A stretch of DNA of 64,000 nucleotides from Desulfosoma sp. (GTDB lineage Bacteria; Desulfobacterota; Syntrophobacteria; Syntrophobacterales; DSM-9756): positions 128,001 through 192,000 of the forward strand of contig JBBFKW010000003.1 in NCBI GenBank assembly GCA_037481835.1, given 5' to 3'. Of this stretch, positions 1 to 10,449 are shown one piece after another; the first letter of the stretch is position 1; every line of letters starts with the position of its first letter. The translations under genes and the position numbers were made by a program. The notes under the pieces are model-generated. The model was not told where the DNA came from. It was given only the letters and a program-made list of their open reading frames with translations, and did not search any database.

Positions 1-87
1 CTCGTAGGCTTCGATGATGGACGTGAGCAGGTGAATGCTTCGGGGATGGACCCACACTTGAACGACCGTGCACCGACTGGCATCCAT
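1..87 (-). CDS. 5' end of a small protein running off the window edge (DUF4911-like)
   Basis: Manual translation from ATG at 87 gives MDASRCTVVQVWVHPRSIHLLTSIIEAYE..., open to the edge; resembles the 'I.E.YE' motif of DUF4911 proteins. Confidence 0.45.
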   Translation of the reverse strand, partial: MDASRCTVVQVWVHPRSIHLLTSIIEAYE

Positions 88-285
88 GGGACGGATATCC
101 TTTAACTTTCGGCTTTGTTTTGCAAACGCCCTTATGATAGCAATGAAATCAAAGCGACGAAAAGGAATTGTGCGACGCGTGGAGGCCTCTTCGGCCGCCG
201 CAGCGGCGTGAAGTCTCTACCGAAAAAAGTTTCGCTACAGGCGGCGCAAACGCACCTGCGGGTGCGCCCTCGGGGTGAAGGATCC

Positions 286-1668
286 ATGAGAGGAAGGTTC
301 GGCGCACGATGCGCCTTCATTGTGGTCTGGACCGTTTTCAGCCTCCTGGCAACGGCCAAGCCAGGCGCGGCCCAAGGGGCGTCCCAGACTTTCGTGGCCC
401 AAGGCACCGCCCCCCTTCAGCCGGCCAACCGGCCCCAGAGCCGATCCCAAGCCCTGGAGGATCTCCTTCGCCAGGCGGTTCTGCAGGCCTTGGGCACGTT
501 TGTTCCCGGACAGGTGCTGGCTCAGAAAAACAAGGAAATCCGTAAAGACATTCTCGCCCAATCCGAGCGGTACGCGAAAAGCTTCAAGATCCTGGGGGAA
601 TACGTGGACGGGGACTTGTACCGGATCCAGGGAGCGGTGGATGTGGCCATGGGGGCCCTGCGATCCGATGCGGAAAAGCTGGGCCTTACGCCGGCCGGCG
701 CGGTGTCCCCGGGGGAAGCCCCTTCGGAGCCGAAGCCCCAGGAGTCGTCCTCCAAGGAAGAGCCCCAGCCGGAATCCTCCCCCAAGGCTCAGCCCCCCTC
801 GGATCGCTCATCCCCTGAAGAAACTCCGGTAAAGCGGGTGCTGTGGGCTGTGGCCGAAAACTGGGACGGGTCCTGGCGTTTTCCCGCCGAAGAAAACGCA
901 TGGGCTCAGGGGAGCTTAGGCGAATGGGCCGCGCAGGAAGCGGCGGACTACGGGTGGCGTTTGGACCTCCTTGCGGCGCCTGCGGCCCCGAAGGCGCCGC
1001 CGTGGGATGAGGAAAGTCAAAGACAGGTCATGGATCAGGCCCGCCGGCACGGGCAGTCCCACGTCGTTTTGGGAACCGCCCGGCGTTCCGGAAACGTTTT
1101 GGAACTTCGTCTGAAGCTGGTGGAAGCGGCTTCGGGCCGAGTCCTAAACGTTACGGAAGAACGCGTATCCACACCCGATGGGGATGTGAGCGACGGACTC
1201 ATCACCCTGGCCGCCGTGGCGGTTTCCAAGGTGGATGCGGCCCTTTCGGGCGCCGTGGTTTCATCGCCGACCCAACCCCAGCAGCGGCCCCAACCCCTGG
1301 AGCAGCCCCAGCCGTCCCAAGCGTCCGTGCCTTCCGGACCGCCATCGCCGCTTCCCAGCGGAGCATGGGAAATCGCCGTTAAGGGCGATGCGTCCTACGC
1401 GGCCTGGTTGTCCATGGAAAAGAAGCTTTTGCAAACGTCCAAGGAATTCACCGTGGATTCGGTGGTTTTGGAAACCGATGCCGTAGTGGTTCGGGCGAAA
1501 AATGTGGATCCCGACAAGGTCAAGGGGGTGGACGGGATGCGCGTCGGCCTCAATCTCGTGCTGCGGCTGGAAGGGATCGACCCGGCGGCTCGAAAGATCA
1601 CCATGACGGTCGCCCCGATGACGGCGGAGCCTGAAGTTCCCAAAGACCGTGAATCGAAAGCCCCATGA
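286..1668 (+). CDS. Exported hypothetical protein with Pro/Gln/Ser-rich linkers (DUF2066/FlgT-N-like N-terminus)
   Basis: ATG 286 in ORF 115..1668; hydrophobic signal-like N-terminus; low-complexity linkers; stop overlaps the next ATG. Confidence 0.7.
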   Translation: MRGRFGARCAFIVVWTVFSLLATAKPGAAQGASQTFVAQGTAPLQPANRPQSRSQALEDLLRQAVLQALGTFVPGQVLAQKNKEIRKDILAQSERYAKSFKILGEYVDGDLYRIQGAVDVAMGALRSDAEKLGLTPAGAVSPGEAPSEPKPQESSSKEEPQPESSPKAQPPSDRSSPEETPVKRVLWAVAENWDGSWRFPAEENAWAQGSLGEWAAQEAADYGWRLDLLAAPAAPKAPPWDEESQRQVMDQARRHGQSHVVLGTARRSGNVLELRLKLVEAASGRVLNVTEERVSTPDGDVSDGLITLAAVAVSKVDAALSGAVVSSPTQPQQRPQPLEQPQPSQASVPSGPPSPLPSGAWEIAVKGDASYAAWLSMEKKLLQTSKEFTVDSVVLETDAVVVRAKNVDPDKVKGVDGMRVGLNLVLRLEGIDPAARKITMTVAPMTAEPEVPKDRESKAP

Positions 1669-2222
1669 CCATCCCCAACATCCTCACACTCATCCGCATT
1701 CTGCTCACCCCGCTTCTGGTGTGGCTCCTGCTCAACGAAAAGCTCACGGCGGCCCTGGCGGTTTTTTTCCTTGCAGGGATCACCGACGGCTTGGACGGAT
1801 TCATCGCCCGCGTCTTTCATCAGAAGAGCCGCCTGGGCGCCTACCTGGATCCGCTGGCGGACAAGATCCTTCTCGTGAGCAGCTTCATCCTGTTGGGGCA
1901 CATGAATCTTTTGCCCAATGCCCTGGTGGTGGCCGCGGTCAGCCGGGACGTGCTGATCCTGACCGGGGTCATGACCCTGACCTTTTTCCAGGTGCCTCTG
2001 GAAATCCGCCCCAGCGTCCTGAGTAAGCTCACCACCTTGGCGCAGATCGTCACCGTCCTGGTGACCCTTTCGCACCCGCTGGCGTCGTGGGCGCCGTGGT
2101 TTCGCAAAAGCCTGTACGTCGTCACGGGGCTGCTTACCGTCGCCAGCGGTTTCCATTACACGATCCTGGGGTTTCGCATCTGGGAGCGGAACCGCCCCGT
2201 CGGCACCGACGGATCCTCGTGA
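1665..2222 (+). CDS. pgsA: CDP-alcohol phosphatidyltransferase (PgsA family)
   Basis: MTIPNILT start; D-G-x2-A-R...G-x3-D-x3-D motif (DGLDGFIAR...GAYLDPLADK). Confidence 0.88.
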   Translation: MTIPNILTLIRILLTPLLVWLLLNEKLTAALAVFFLAGITDGLDGFIARVFHQKSRLGAYLDPLADKILLVSSFILLGHMNLLPNALVVAAVSRDVLILTGVMTLTFFQVPLEIRPSVLSKLTTLAQIVTVLVTLSHPLASWAPWFRKSLYVVTGLLTVASGFHYTILGFRIWERNRPVGTDGSS

Positions 2223-2249
2223 CGCCGAAGCGCCCGTGCAGCATTTCCC

Positions 2250-2279
2250 TTGACACGGCGGGGGCACATTGGCTATAGC
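2250..2279 (+). promoter_or_regulatory. Sigma70-like promoter for tRNA-Val
   Basis: TTGACA-18nt-TATAGC just upstream of the tRNA. Confidence 0.6.
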
Positions 2280-2293
2280 AGGTCCAACTTCGT

Positions 2294-2368
2294 AGGCACG
2301 TAGCTCAGTGGGAGAGCGCTACCTTGACGCGGTAGAAGTCGGCGGTTCAATCCCGCCCGTGCCTACCA
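2294..2368 (+). tRNA. tRNA-Val(GAC)
   Basis: Cloverleaf: acceptor AGGCACG/CGTGCCT, anticodon loop TT-GAC-GC, T-loop TTCAATC, encoded CCA. Confidence 0.97.
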
Positions 2369-2500
2369 TCCGACCCTCTAAGCAGGGTCCGCGGCATTGT
2401 CACAGAGCACAGGCACCGAAGGATGGTTTAAGGCTCGCGGGTGAAACATCACGCGGTACGGATTCTTCCTTCCAGCGCCCAGACAGGTTGAATCGAGTGC

Positions 2501-2539
2501 AAGCATCAGATCCGTCTCGAGGCGGCTGATGCTTTTTTT
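2501..2539 (+). terminator. Intrinsic terminator-like hairpin between tRNA-Val and thrS
   Basis: AAGCATCAG...CCGTC-TCGA-GGCGG-CTGATGCTT followed by a T-run. Confidence 0.7.
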
Positions 2540-2600
2540 ATGAAATGCGGCGGCTGTTGTGCCGTGACGGTGCCGCCGAGAAAAGGGGACGAAAGACATC

Positions 2601-4547
2601 ATGGCGGAACAATCGGAGCATGTTCGTGTGACGCTGTCGGACGGGTCGTCCGTGGAGGTGCCCAAGGGGGCGACCGTGGCGGACGCCTTGGAGGCGTGGA
2701 AAAAATCCAAGAACGGGTGGGTGGCCGCCCGCCTGAACGGCCGACTGCTGGATCTCACCTCGCCCATTGAGGACGGCGGCACGTTGGAGCCGCTTTCGCC
2801 GGAAAGCCCCGAGGGCCTGGAAATCCTTCGGCACAGCACGTCTCACATCATGGCCCAAGCCGTCCAAGAACTGTTTCCGGGAACCAAGATCGCCATCGGG
2901 CCCGCCATCGAGAACGGCTTTTACTACGACTTCGACATGGCCCAGCCCTTCAGCCCCGAGGACCTGGAAAAGATAGAAGCCAAAATGGCTGAAATCATCG
3001 AGGCCAAGCTTCCATTCCGGCGCGAGGAATGGGAGCGGGAAAAGGCCGTCGCCCTGTTCCGGGAGCGGGGGGAAAAATACAAGGTGGAGCTTCTGGAAGA
3101 AATCCAGGAGCCCACGGTGTCCGTGTACCGGCAGGGGAACTTCGTGGACCTGTGCCGGGGCCCGCACATCCCCCACACGGGCTACGTCAAGGCCTACAAG
3201 TTGCTCTCCCTCGCCGGGGCCTATTGGCGAGGGGACGAACGCAACCCCATGCTCCAGCGCATCTACGGCACCGTCTTTCCCGACAAGAAGGCCTTGAAGA
3301 AGTATCTGGACTTTCTGGCGGAAGCCCAGCGGCGCGATCACCGGAGGCTGGGGCGGGAATTGGATCTTTTCAGCTTTTCCGATGAAGTGGGCGCCGGCAT
3401 GGTGATTTACCACCCGAAGGGGGCCTTGCTGCGCCACATCTTGGAAACCTTCGAAAAGAAAGAGCACCTGCGTCGAGGCTACCAGATCGTCATGGGGCCC
3501 ACACTGTTGAAAACGGAGTTGTGGAAGCGCTCGGGCCACTTCGACAACTACCGCGAAAACATGTACTTTACCGAAATCGAAGGGCAGTCCTACGGGATCA
3601 AACCCATGAACTGCCTCTCCCATATGCTCATCTACAAGTCCAAGGTGCGCAGCTACCGCGACCTGCCCATCCGGTATTTCGAACTGGGCACGGTGCACCG
3701 CCACGAAAAATCCGGGGTGCTCCACGGCCTGCTGCGCGTGCGCCAGTTCACCCAGGACGACGCCCACATCCTGTGCACGCCCGATCAGCTCCATGGCGAA
3801 ATCCAGGGCATCGTGGACTTCGTCATCGAAATCATGGGGCTTTTCGGTTTTTCCTACGAGATGGAAATCAGCACCCGGCCGGAAAAATCCATCGGGACCG
3901 ACGAAGACTGGGAACGGGCGACCAAGGCCCTCATGGCCGCGCTGGAAGACAAGGGCATCCCGTACCACATTTGCGAAGGCGAGGGCGCCTTCTACGGGCC
4001 CAAGATCGATGTGAAGCTTCGGGACGCTTTGGACCGCAAATGGCAATGCGCGACGATCCAATGCGACTTCACCCTGCCTGAGCGCTTCGATCTCACCTAC
4101 GTGGGCCCGGACGGCAACCGGCACCGTCCCGTCATGCTGCACCGCGTGATCCTGGGAGCCATCGAGCGATTCTTGGGGGTGCTCATTGAACACTACGCCG
4201 GGGCGTTCCCCACGTGGCTTGCGCCCGTTCAGGCCGTGATCGTCACCGTGACGGACAAACAACTGCCTTTCGCGCGTGAGGTCTACCGGCGGTTGCAGGA
4301 TGCGGGGGTCCGTGTGGACATCGACGAACGGAACGAAAAGTTGGGCTTCAAGATTCGGGAAGCCCAGATGCAGAAGATTCCTTACATGCTGGTCATCGGG
4401 GACACCGAGGTGGAAGCCGGGGCGGTGCGGCCGAGGCAAAGGGACGGCCGACAGCTGGATCTCATGAGCCCCGAAGCGTTCATCGAGCTCATCCGGGCGG
4501 AATGCCTGGAGGGCTCCGGAGGCCGCATCGGGTTGGGCGCGGTGTGA
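2601..4547 (+). CDS. thrS: Threonine--tRNA ligase
   Basis: TGS domain, HSTSH, DLCRGPH editing motif, [25 protein letters not shown]. Confidence 0.99.
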   Translation: MAEQSEHVRVTLSDGSSVEVPKGATVADALEAWKKSKNGWVAARLNGRLLDLTSPIEDGGTLEPLSPESPEGLEILRHSTSHIMAQAVQELFPGTKIAIGPAIENGFYYDFDMAQPFSPEDLEKIEAKMAEIIEAKLPFRREEWEREKAVALFRERGEKYKVELLEEIQEPTVSVYRQGNFVDLCRGPHIPHTGYVKAYKLLSLAGAYWRGDERNPMLQRIYGTVFPDKKALKKYLDFLAEAQRRDHRRLGRELDLFSFSDEVGAGMVIYHPKGALLRHILETFEKKEHLRRGYQIVMGPTLLKTELWKRSGHFDNYRENMYFTEIEGQSYGIKPMNCLSHMLIYKSKVRSYRDLPIRYFELGTVHRHEKSGVLHGLLRVRQFTQDDAHILCTPDQLHGEIQGIVDFVIEIMGLFGFSYEMEISTRPEKSIGTDEDWERATKALMAALEDKGIPYHICEGEGAFYGPKIDVKLRDALDRKWQCATIQCDFTLPERFDLTYVGPDGNRHRPVMLHRVILGAIERFLGVLIEHYAGAFPTWLAPVQAVIVTVTDKQLPFAREVYRRLQDAGVRVDIDERNEKLGFKIREAQMQKIPYMLVIGDTEVEAGAVRPRQRDGRQLDLMSPEAFIELIRAECLEGSGGRIGLGAV

Positions 4548-4597
4548 TCGGGACGCCGTTTTTGTTCACGAACCTCGAACGAAGGGAGGACCGGACT

Positions 4598-5110
4598 CTG
4601 AAAAAGGAACAAGAAAACGTCAATGAAAAGATCCGCGCCCGACAGGTGCGCGTCATCGGCGCCGACGGGAGCCAGCTGGGGATCATGTCTTTGCAGGACG
4701 CCTTGGACGCGGCTCGGGAAGAGGGCCTCGACCTGGTGGAAGTGGCGCCCAACGCGGATCCGCCCGTCTGCAAGATCATGGATTACGGCAAGTTCCGATA
4801 CCAGCAGAGCAAGCGCTCCCAGGAAGCCAAGAAAAAACAAACCGTCATCCAAGTCAAAGAAGTCAAGCTGCGGCCCAAAACCGACGAACACGACATTCAG
4901 ACCAAGTTGCGCCACATCCGCCGGTTCCTCGCCCAGAAGGACAAGGCCAAGGTCACCGTTATCTTTCGCGGTCGCGAAATCGCTTTCAAAGACCGAGGAG
5001 AAATGGTCCTCCAAAAGGTCTTGGAGGAGCTGAAGGACGAGGTGGTGGTGGAAATGCCGCCCAAGATGGAAGGGCGCAACCTGGTGATGATCCTGGCGCC
5101 CAAGTCGTAA
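4598..5110 (+). CDS. infC: Translation initiation factor IF-3 (probable CTG start)
   Basis: NEKIRARQVRVI, PPVCKIMDYGK, FRGRE; GGAGG RBS 8 nt before an in-frame CTG. Confidence 0.96.
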   Translation: MKKEQENVNEKIRARQVRVIGADGSQLGIMSLQDALDAAREEGLDLVEVAPNADPPVCKIMDYGKFRYQQSKRSQEAKKKQTVIQVKEVKLRPKTDEHDIQTKLRHIRRFLAQKDKAKVTVIFRGREIAFKDRGEMVLQKVLEELKDEVVVEMPPKMEGRNLVMILAPKS

Positions 5111-5155
5111 AGCCGAAAGAGCCCTTACGGGGTAGGGCGTTTTCCGACAAAACGC

Positions 5156-5184
5156 TTGACACCTCTTGGGTCTGTCAATAGATT
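5156..5184 (+). promoter_or_regulatory. Sigma70-like promoter upstream of rpmI
   Basis: TTGACA-17nt-TAGATT. Confidence 0.55.
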
Positions 5185-5280
5185 ACACGCTTCGATCGCC
5201 GGGACGCCCGGTGGAGGCTGCCGTGCGCCGACCGCCGGGGCGTCGATGAGCCAACGGATGCTGGAATTGCGGAGGAATTC

Positions 5281-5478
5281 ATGCCGAAATTGAAAACCAA
5301 ACGGGGAGCCGCCAAGCGTTTCCATCGCACGGGCGGCGGTCTTTTTGCGCGGGCCAAGGCGGGCAAGAGCCACATCCTGACCAAGAAGAGCGCCAAGAGA
5401 AAACGCGCCCTGCGCCAGCCCGCCCTTGTGGATGCGGCCAACTTCAGGGCCGTCTCGCGCATGCTTCCTTATGCGTAA
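5281..5478 (+). CDS. rpmI: 50S ribosomal protein L35
   Basis: [14 protein letters not shown]...[12 protein letters not shown]; position after infC. Confidence 0.98.
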   Translation: MPKLKTKRGAAKRFHRTGGGLFARAKAGKSHILTKKSAKRKRALRQPALVDAANFRAVSRMLPYA

Positions 5479-5528
5479 GAAACGCCGGAACCCGGCGCGC
5501 ATGACAAGACAGTGAAGGAGCCGTAACC

Positions 5529-5882
5529 ATGCCTCGAGTGAAAAAAGCGGTGAAGTCGCGCCAGCGGCGCAAGAAGATCCTGAATATGGCCAAGGGGTAC
5601 CGGGGGGGGCGGAGCAAGCTGTTGCGCACGGCCAAGGAAACGGTCCAGAGGGCCTTGGTCTACGCCTACAGGGACCGGAAGGTGCGCAAGCGCGACTTCC
5701 GAAGTCTTTGGATTATGCGCATCAATGCCGCCGCCCGTCGGCACGGCATGAGCTACGGCCGTTTCATGGACGGCCTCAAAAAGGCCCAGGTGACACTCGA
5801 CCGCAAAGTTTTGGCTGGTCTTGCGGTCCATGATCCCGACGTTTTCGCCAAGCTCGTTGCCTTGGCCAAAGAAGCCGCATAG
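5529..5882 (+). CDS. rplT: 50S ribosomal protein L20
   Basis: MPRVK...AKGYRG...[21 protein letters not shown]. Confidence 0.99.
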   Translation: MPRVKKAVKSRQRRKKILNMAKGYRGGRSKLLRTAKETVQRALVYAYRDRKVRKRDFRSLWIMRINAAARRHGMSYGRFMDGLKKAQVTLDRKVLAGLAVHDPDVFAKLVALAKEAA

Positions 5883-5887
5883 AAACC

Positions 5888-6901
5888 ATGATGGAAGAGG
5901 CAGCTCGCGCGTTACTCGCCCAGGCGGAACAGGCCGTGGCCGACGCCGGTTCGGACCTCAAGGCCCTGGAAACGCTCCGCGTCCGATTCTTGGGACGCAA
6001 AGGGGAACTCACGGCCCTCTTTAAGGCCCTGGGGCAGGTGGACGCCGAAAGGCGCCCCGCCGTGGGAAAAGTTCTCAACGACGTCAAGATCCGCCTGGAA
6101 GCCCTGTTGGACCACGCCGTTCAAAGGGCCAAGGAGCAGGCGAGTCGGGACGGCGACCGTCTGGATGTGACCGCGCCCGGGCGGCGCCCCATGCGCGGCC
6201 GTCTCCATCCCATCACCCAGACCGCCATGGAAATCGCCGCCATTTTCAATCGGCTGGGTTTCGAAACCGTGGAAGGCCCCGAGGTCGAGCTGGACTATTA
6301 CAATTTCGAAGCGCTGAACATTCCCAAGGACCATCCCGCTCGGGACATGCAAGACACGTTTTACGTGTCGGATGAGGTGGTCTTGCGCACCCACACGTCC
6401 CCGTTGCAGGTGCGCACCATGGAGCGCAAGAAGCCGCCCATCAAAGTCATCGCTCCCGGCAAGGCCTATCGGTGCGATTCGGACGTCACCCATTCGCCCA
6501 TGTTTCATCAAGTGGAAGGCCTCATGGTGGGCCGCGGCGTCTCCTTCGGCGACCTGAAGGGGGTCCTGACCGTCTTCGTCCATCAAATGTTCGGCCCCGA
6601 CGTGGGCCTGCGATTTCGGCCGAGCTTCTTTCCCTTTACGGAACCCAGCGCCGAAGTGGACATCCAATGCGTCATCTGCAAAGGGTCCGGCTGCCGGGTA
6701 TGTTCCCAGAGCGGCTGGTTGGAAATCCTAGGGTCGGGCATGGTGGACCCGGAAGTCTTTAAAATGGTGGGCTACGATCCCGAGGAGGTGACCGGGTTCG
6801 CCTTCGGCATGGGCATCGAACGCATCGCCATGCTCAAATACGGCATCAACGACCTCAGGCTTTTTTTCGAAAACGATCTTCGGTTTCTGCGTCAGTTTTG
6901 A
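5888..6901 (+). CDS. pheS: Phenylalanine--tRNA ligase alpha subunit
   Basis: [34 protein letters not shown]. Confidence 0.99.
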   Translation: MMEEAARALLAQAEQAVADAGSDLKALETLRVRFLGRKGELTALFKALGQVDAERRPAVGKVLNDVKIRLEALLDHAVQRAKEQASRDGDRLDVTAPGRRPMRGRLHPITQTAMEIAAIFNRLGFETVEGPEVELDYYNFEALNIPKDHPARDMQDTFYVSDEVVLRTHTSPLQVRTMERKKPPIKVIAPGKAYRCDSDVTHSPMFHQVEGLMVGRGVSFGDLKGVLTVFVHQMFGPDVGLRFRPSFFPFTEPSAEVDIQCVICKGSGCRVCSQSGWLEILGSGMVDPEVFKMVGYDPEEVTGFAFGMGIERIAMLKYGINDLRLFFENDLRFLRQF

Positions 6902-6939
6902 GTCGACGACCGACGAAGACAGGGCGGCGGGGGGCTGAG

Positions 6940-6972
6940 GGCAAAGGGCACGACATGGTCGTGCCCTTTGCC
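6940..6972. repeat. Perfect 15-bp-stem palindrome (REP-like) between pheS and pheT
   Basis: GGCAAAGGGCACGAC-ATG-GTCGTGCCCTTTGCC. Confidence 0.75.
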
Positions 6973-7024
6973 GTAAGAAAGCCCGGGCGCATCGCCCGCG
7001 GAGGCTCGTGAGAGGGGAAAATCC

Positions 7025-9436
7025 ATGATTGTCAGCGGTGCGTGGCTTCGCGATTACGTGACCCTCACCATGGACATGGAACAGCTGGCCGAACGGCTCA
7101 CCATGGTCGGGCTGGAAGTGGAAGCCGTGGAAAAGCCGTACGCGTATCTGAATACGGTCGTCGTGGGCCGCATCACGGCCGTGGAGGCGCATCCCAAGGC
7201 CGATAAGCTCAAAATCTGCCGCGTGGACGACGGCCGAAAGGAACGGCGTATCGTCTGCGGGGCGCCCAATGCAGCGGTGGGACAACGGGTCCCGTTGGCT
7301 CTGCCGGGAACGGTCCTGCCGTCGGGCATGAGGCTCGAGGAAGTCGCCATTCGGGGCGAGCTGTCCCAGGGCATGCTGTGCTCCCAAAAGGAACTGAACC
7401 TGGGAGAGGACGCCTCCGGCCTGTGGGTGCTTCCCGAAGACGCCCCTGTGGGAACCCCCCTCGCCCAATACCTTGAATTGGATGACATCCGCCTGGACGT
7501 GTCCGTCACCCCCAACCGGGGCGACTGCCTGTCCATGGTGGGCATGGCTCGGGAAGCTGCGGCCATCTGCGGCACTTCCGTGCGCTATCCCGTCGTCACC
7601 GTGGAAGAAACCGGCCCGCCCATTGAATCCCTCGCCTCCGTGACCCTCGAAGACCCGGTGGGCTGCCCGCGCTACGCCGCACGACTCATCCAAGGGGTGC
7701 GCATCGGGCCGTCTCCCGATTGGATGAAACGGCGCCTGGAATCGGCCGGCATCCGCTCCATCAACAACGTCGTCGATGTGACCAATTACGTCCTCCTGGA
7801 ACTGGGACAGCCCCTGCACGCCTTCGACTACGATCGGCTGCGGGAAGGACGCATCGTGGTGCGCCGGGCCGTCTCGGGGGAACGTTTCACGACGCTGGAC
7901 GGTGTGGAACGCACCCTTTTCGACGATACCCTCCTCATCTGCGACGGCAAAGGGCCCGTGGCCATCGCCGGCATCATGGGCGGTTTGGAATCGGAAATCA
8001 CGCCGAGCACCACGCGGGTGCTCATCGAAAGCGCCTATTTCCAACCCGAGGGCATCCGAAGAAGCAGCCGAAAACTGGGGTTGAGGACGGAGTCCAGCTA
8101 CCGGTTCGAACGGGGCGTGGACCCCGAAGGGGTGTTGAGGGCGGCCGATCGAGCGGCCCAACTCATGCTGGAACTGGCCGGAGGATCCATCGCCCAAGGC
8201 CGGATCGACGCCTATCCCGTGCCCATAACCCGGCCGACCATCACGCTCCGGGTGCCCATCGTGAACCGGTTCCTGGGCATGGATCTCAGGTCCGACGCCA
8301 TGGCCCGCGTGCTCGCCTCCTTGGAAATGGACGTGGAGATCGTGGATGGCGACACCCTTCGGGTGACGCCGCCGTCTTTTCGACCCGACATCACCCGGGA
8401 AGTGGACTTGGCCGAAGAAGTGGCCCGCCTCACAGGCTATGACAAGGTCCCGGTCACCCACGCCCATGTTCCCCTTTACAGCGATCCCGTGGACCCGCAC
8501 GCGGCGGCACGGCAGGAACTGAAACGGGTGTTGGAAGCCGTGGGATTCTATGAAGTCCTGACCTATTCGTTCACCTCCGAAAAGGCCTTGAGATCCCTTC
8601 GGCTGCCCGAAGACGATCCCCGAGTGCAGCCGGTTCGGTTGCTCAACCCGTTGAGCGAAGAGCAGGCGGTGATGCGCACGTCCCTTCTGCCCGGCCTTTT
8701 GCAGACGGCGCGCCTCAACCTGGATCGGGGGAACGCCGATCTTCGCCTCTTTGAATTGAGCAAAGTCTTCCTCCCTCGAGCAGGGGAGCTGCTGCCTCGG
8801 GAAGACCATCACCTGGCGGGCATATTGGCGGGACGGCGGGACCCCCGTGCCGTCTACGGGTCCGAAGATCCCGTGGATTATTCGGACGTCAAGGGCGTGG
8901 TGGAAGAAATCCTTGCGGCCTGCCGGCTGGACGAATCCCAAGTGCGGTTTTCCCCGGACGCGCTGCCGGTCTATTGCGATCCGCGCTGCGGCGCAACCCT
9001 GTGGATCAAGGACACCCTCACGGGTTCCCTCGGGCGCATCCACCCCGATGTGCAGGAGGCGTTCGATCTGAAACGGGAAGTCCATTATTTCGAGCTGGAT
9101 TTCGAGAAGTTGTTTGCCTTGCGAAACCCCCATCCGGGTTTCGTGCCCCTGCCCAAGTTCCCCTCGGTGACGAGGGATATGGCTTTGATTGTGGACGCAA
9201 ACCTTCCGGTGGCGGACCCGCTGGCCTTCATTCGCTCCCTCAACGAACCCTTAATGGAATCGGTGGCCGTCTTCGATCTCTACCGCGGAAAACCTCTCGC
9301 CGATGACCAAAAAGGCGTGGGCTACCGCATCGTCTATCGTGCGGCGGACCGGAACCTGACCGATGAGGAAGTCAACGCCCTGCACAAGCGCATCACGGAG
9401 CGGGTGCTGGAGGCGTTCGGGGCGACCTTGCGTTAA
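7025..9436 (+). CDS. pheT: Phenylalanine--tRNA ligase beta subunit
   Basis: CGAPN, TPNRGDCLS, GQPLHAFD, RFERGVD, C-terminal FDX-ACB domain. Confidence 0.99.
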   Translation: MIVSGAWLRDYVTLTMDMEQLAERLTMVGLEVEAVEKPYAYLNTVVVGRITAVEAHPKADKLKICRVDDGRKERRIVCGAPNAAVGQRVPLALPGTVLPSGMRLEEVAIRGELSQGMLCSQKELNLGEDASGLWVLPEDAPVGTPLAQYLELDDIRLDVSVTPNRGDCLSMVGMAREAAAICGTSVRYPVVTVEETGPPIESLASVTLEDPVGCPRYAARLIQGVRIGPSPDWMKRRLESAGIRSINNVVDVTNYVLLELGQPLHAFDYDRLREGRIVVRRAVSGERFTTLDGVERTLFDDTLLICDGKGPVAIAGIMGGLESEITPSTTRVLIESAYFQPEGIRRSSRKLGLRTESSYRFERGVDPEGVLRAADRAAQLMLELAGGSIAQGRIDAYPVPITRPTITLRVPIVNRFLGMDLRSDAMARVLASLEMDVEIVDGDTLRVTPPSFRPDITREVDLAEEVARLTGYDKVPVTHAHVPLYSDPVDPHAAARQELKRVLEAVGFYEVLTYSFTSEKALRSLRLPEDDPRVQPVRLLNPLSEEQAVMRTSLLPGLLQTARLNLDRGNADLRLFELSKVFLPRAGELLPREDHHLAGILAGRRDPRAVYGSEDPVDYSDVKGVVEEILAACRLDESQVRFSPDALPVYCDPRCGATLWIKDTLTGSLGRIHPDVQEAFDLKREVHYFELDFEKLFALRNPHPGFVPLPKFPSVTRDMALIVDANLPVADPLAFIRSLNEPLMESVAVFDLYRGKPLADDQKGVGYRIVYRAADRNLTDEEVNALHKRITERVLEAFGATLR

Positions 9437-9471
9437 GGGCGAAGAGGACTTCGGTGGAGGGCGCTTCGGTG

Positions 9472-9852
9472 ATGTTTGGCAACGGCGTCGTGAACGACAA
9501 AGGGGAAGAGGATCGGCCCAAGCCGTGCCAAGTGACCTTCGTCCATGAATCCCGCAAGGGCATGGGGCGGTCGGTCCATTTCAATGAAATAGGGATGCTG
9601 GTGCTCTGCCGGGACCCGGCGCCGCTCCAGGCGCGGCTTCAGATGAGCCTCCATTTTCCCGGGTTGAAAAACCCCATTGACGTGGAGGGGGAGGTGGTGT
9701 GGTCCAACCAGTACGGCCCGGACGACCCCATGACGCCGCGAGGCATGGGCGTGAAGTTCACCGATCTGGATCCCTCCACGGCCCGGCTCCTTGCCGATTT
9801 TTCCCTTCGCTACAGAGTCTACGGCACCCAGTACGAACTTTTCTATTCCTGA
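9472..9852 (+). CDS. PilZ-domain protein (TIGR02266-like, degenerate motifs)
   Basis: VEGEVVWSN...RGMGVKF; start could also be GTG 9469 or 9454. Confidence 0.75.
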   Translation: MFGNGVVNDKGEEDRPKPCQVTFVHESRKGMGRSVHFNEIGMLVLCRDPAPLQARLQMSLHFPGLKNPIDVEGEVVWSNQYGPDDPMTPRGMGVKFTDLDPSTARLLADFSLRYRVYGTQYELFYS

Positions 9853-9903
9853 GGTTCCGCCGACCGACCACCGGCGCGCGCGGCCCCTGACCGACGATTT
9901 CCC

Positions 9904-10449
9904 ATGAATCCCTTGGAAACCTTTTTGCTTGCCGTCGCCCTGGGCTGTGATGCTTTCGCCGTCGGCCTGGGGGTGGGCACCCGGTTCTGTGCCCCGCGCC
10001 AGATCTTCCGCCTCGCCTTTCATTTCGGCCTCTTCCAGTTCGCCATGCCTCTTCTGGGCTGGGCCATGGGGTTGTACCTCGTGGGTTTGATCCGCACGTG
10101 GGGCCCGTGGCTCGCTTTTTTTCTTCTTGTTTTCATCGGGGTCAAAATGGCTTATGAAAGCCTGCGGGGCGAAGAGACGTCGGAGGTGTGCGCGGATCCC
10201 ACGCGGGGCATGAGCCTCGTGGTGCTGTCCCTGGCCACCAGCATGGACGCCTTGGGGGTCGGCTTCAGCTTGGGGATCCTGGGGCGGCAGCTCCTGGGTG
10301 CGGCGGTGGTCATCGGGCTGACCGCCGCGGCCATGACGTGGGCGGCCATGCGCATCGGAAACCGCCTTTCCGTTCTGTGGGGCCGGCGCATGGGCGTCTT
10401 CGGCGGCGCGGTGCTCATCGCCATCGCCTTTAAGCTCCTTTTGGGATGA
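9904..10449 (+). CDS. mntP: Manganese efflux pump MntP family
   Basis: Repeated ALGCDAFAVG / ATSMDALGVG motifs; about 6 TM segments. Confidence 0.88.
   Translation: MNPLETFLLAVALGCDAFAVGLGVGTRFCAPRQIFRLAFHFGLFQFAMPLLGWAMGLYLVGLIRTWGPWLAFFLLVFIGVKMAYESLRGEETSEVCADPTRGMSLVVLSLATSMDALGVGFSLGILGRQLLGAAVVIGLTAAAMTWAAMRIGNRLSVLWGRRMGVFGGAVLIAIAFKLLLG

Noticed and set aside
2400..2470. Glycine riboswitch (CACCGAAGGA)
   Set aside because: Only a short core match; the flanking GGAGA and CTCTCAGG elements are absent and the gene context does not fit
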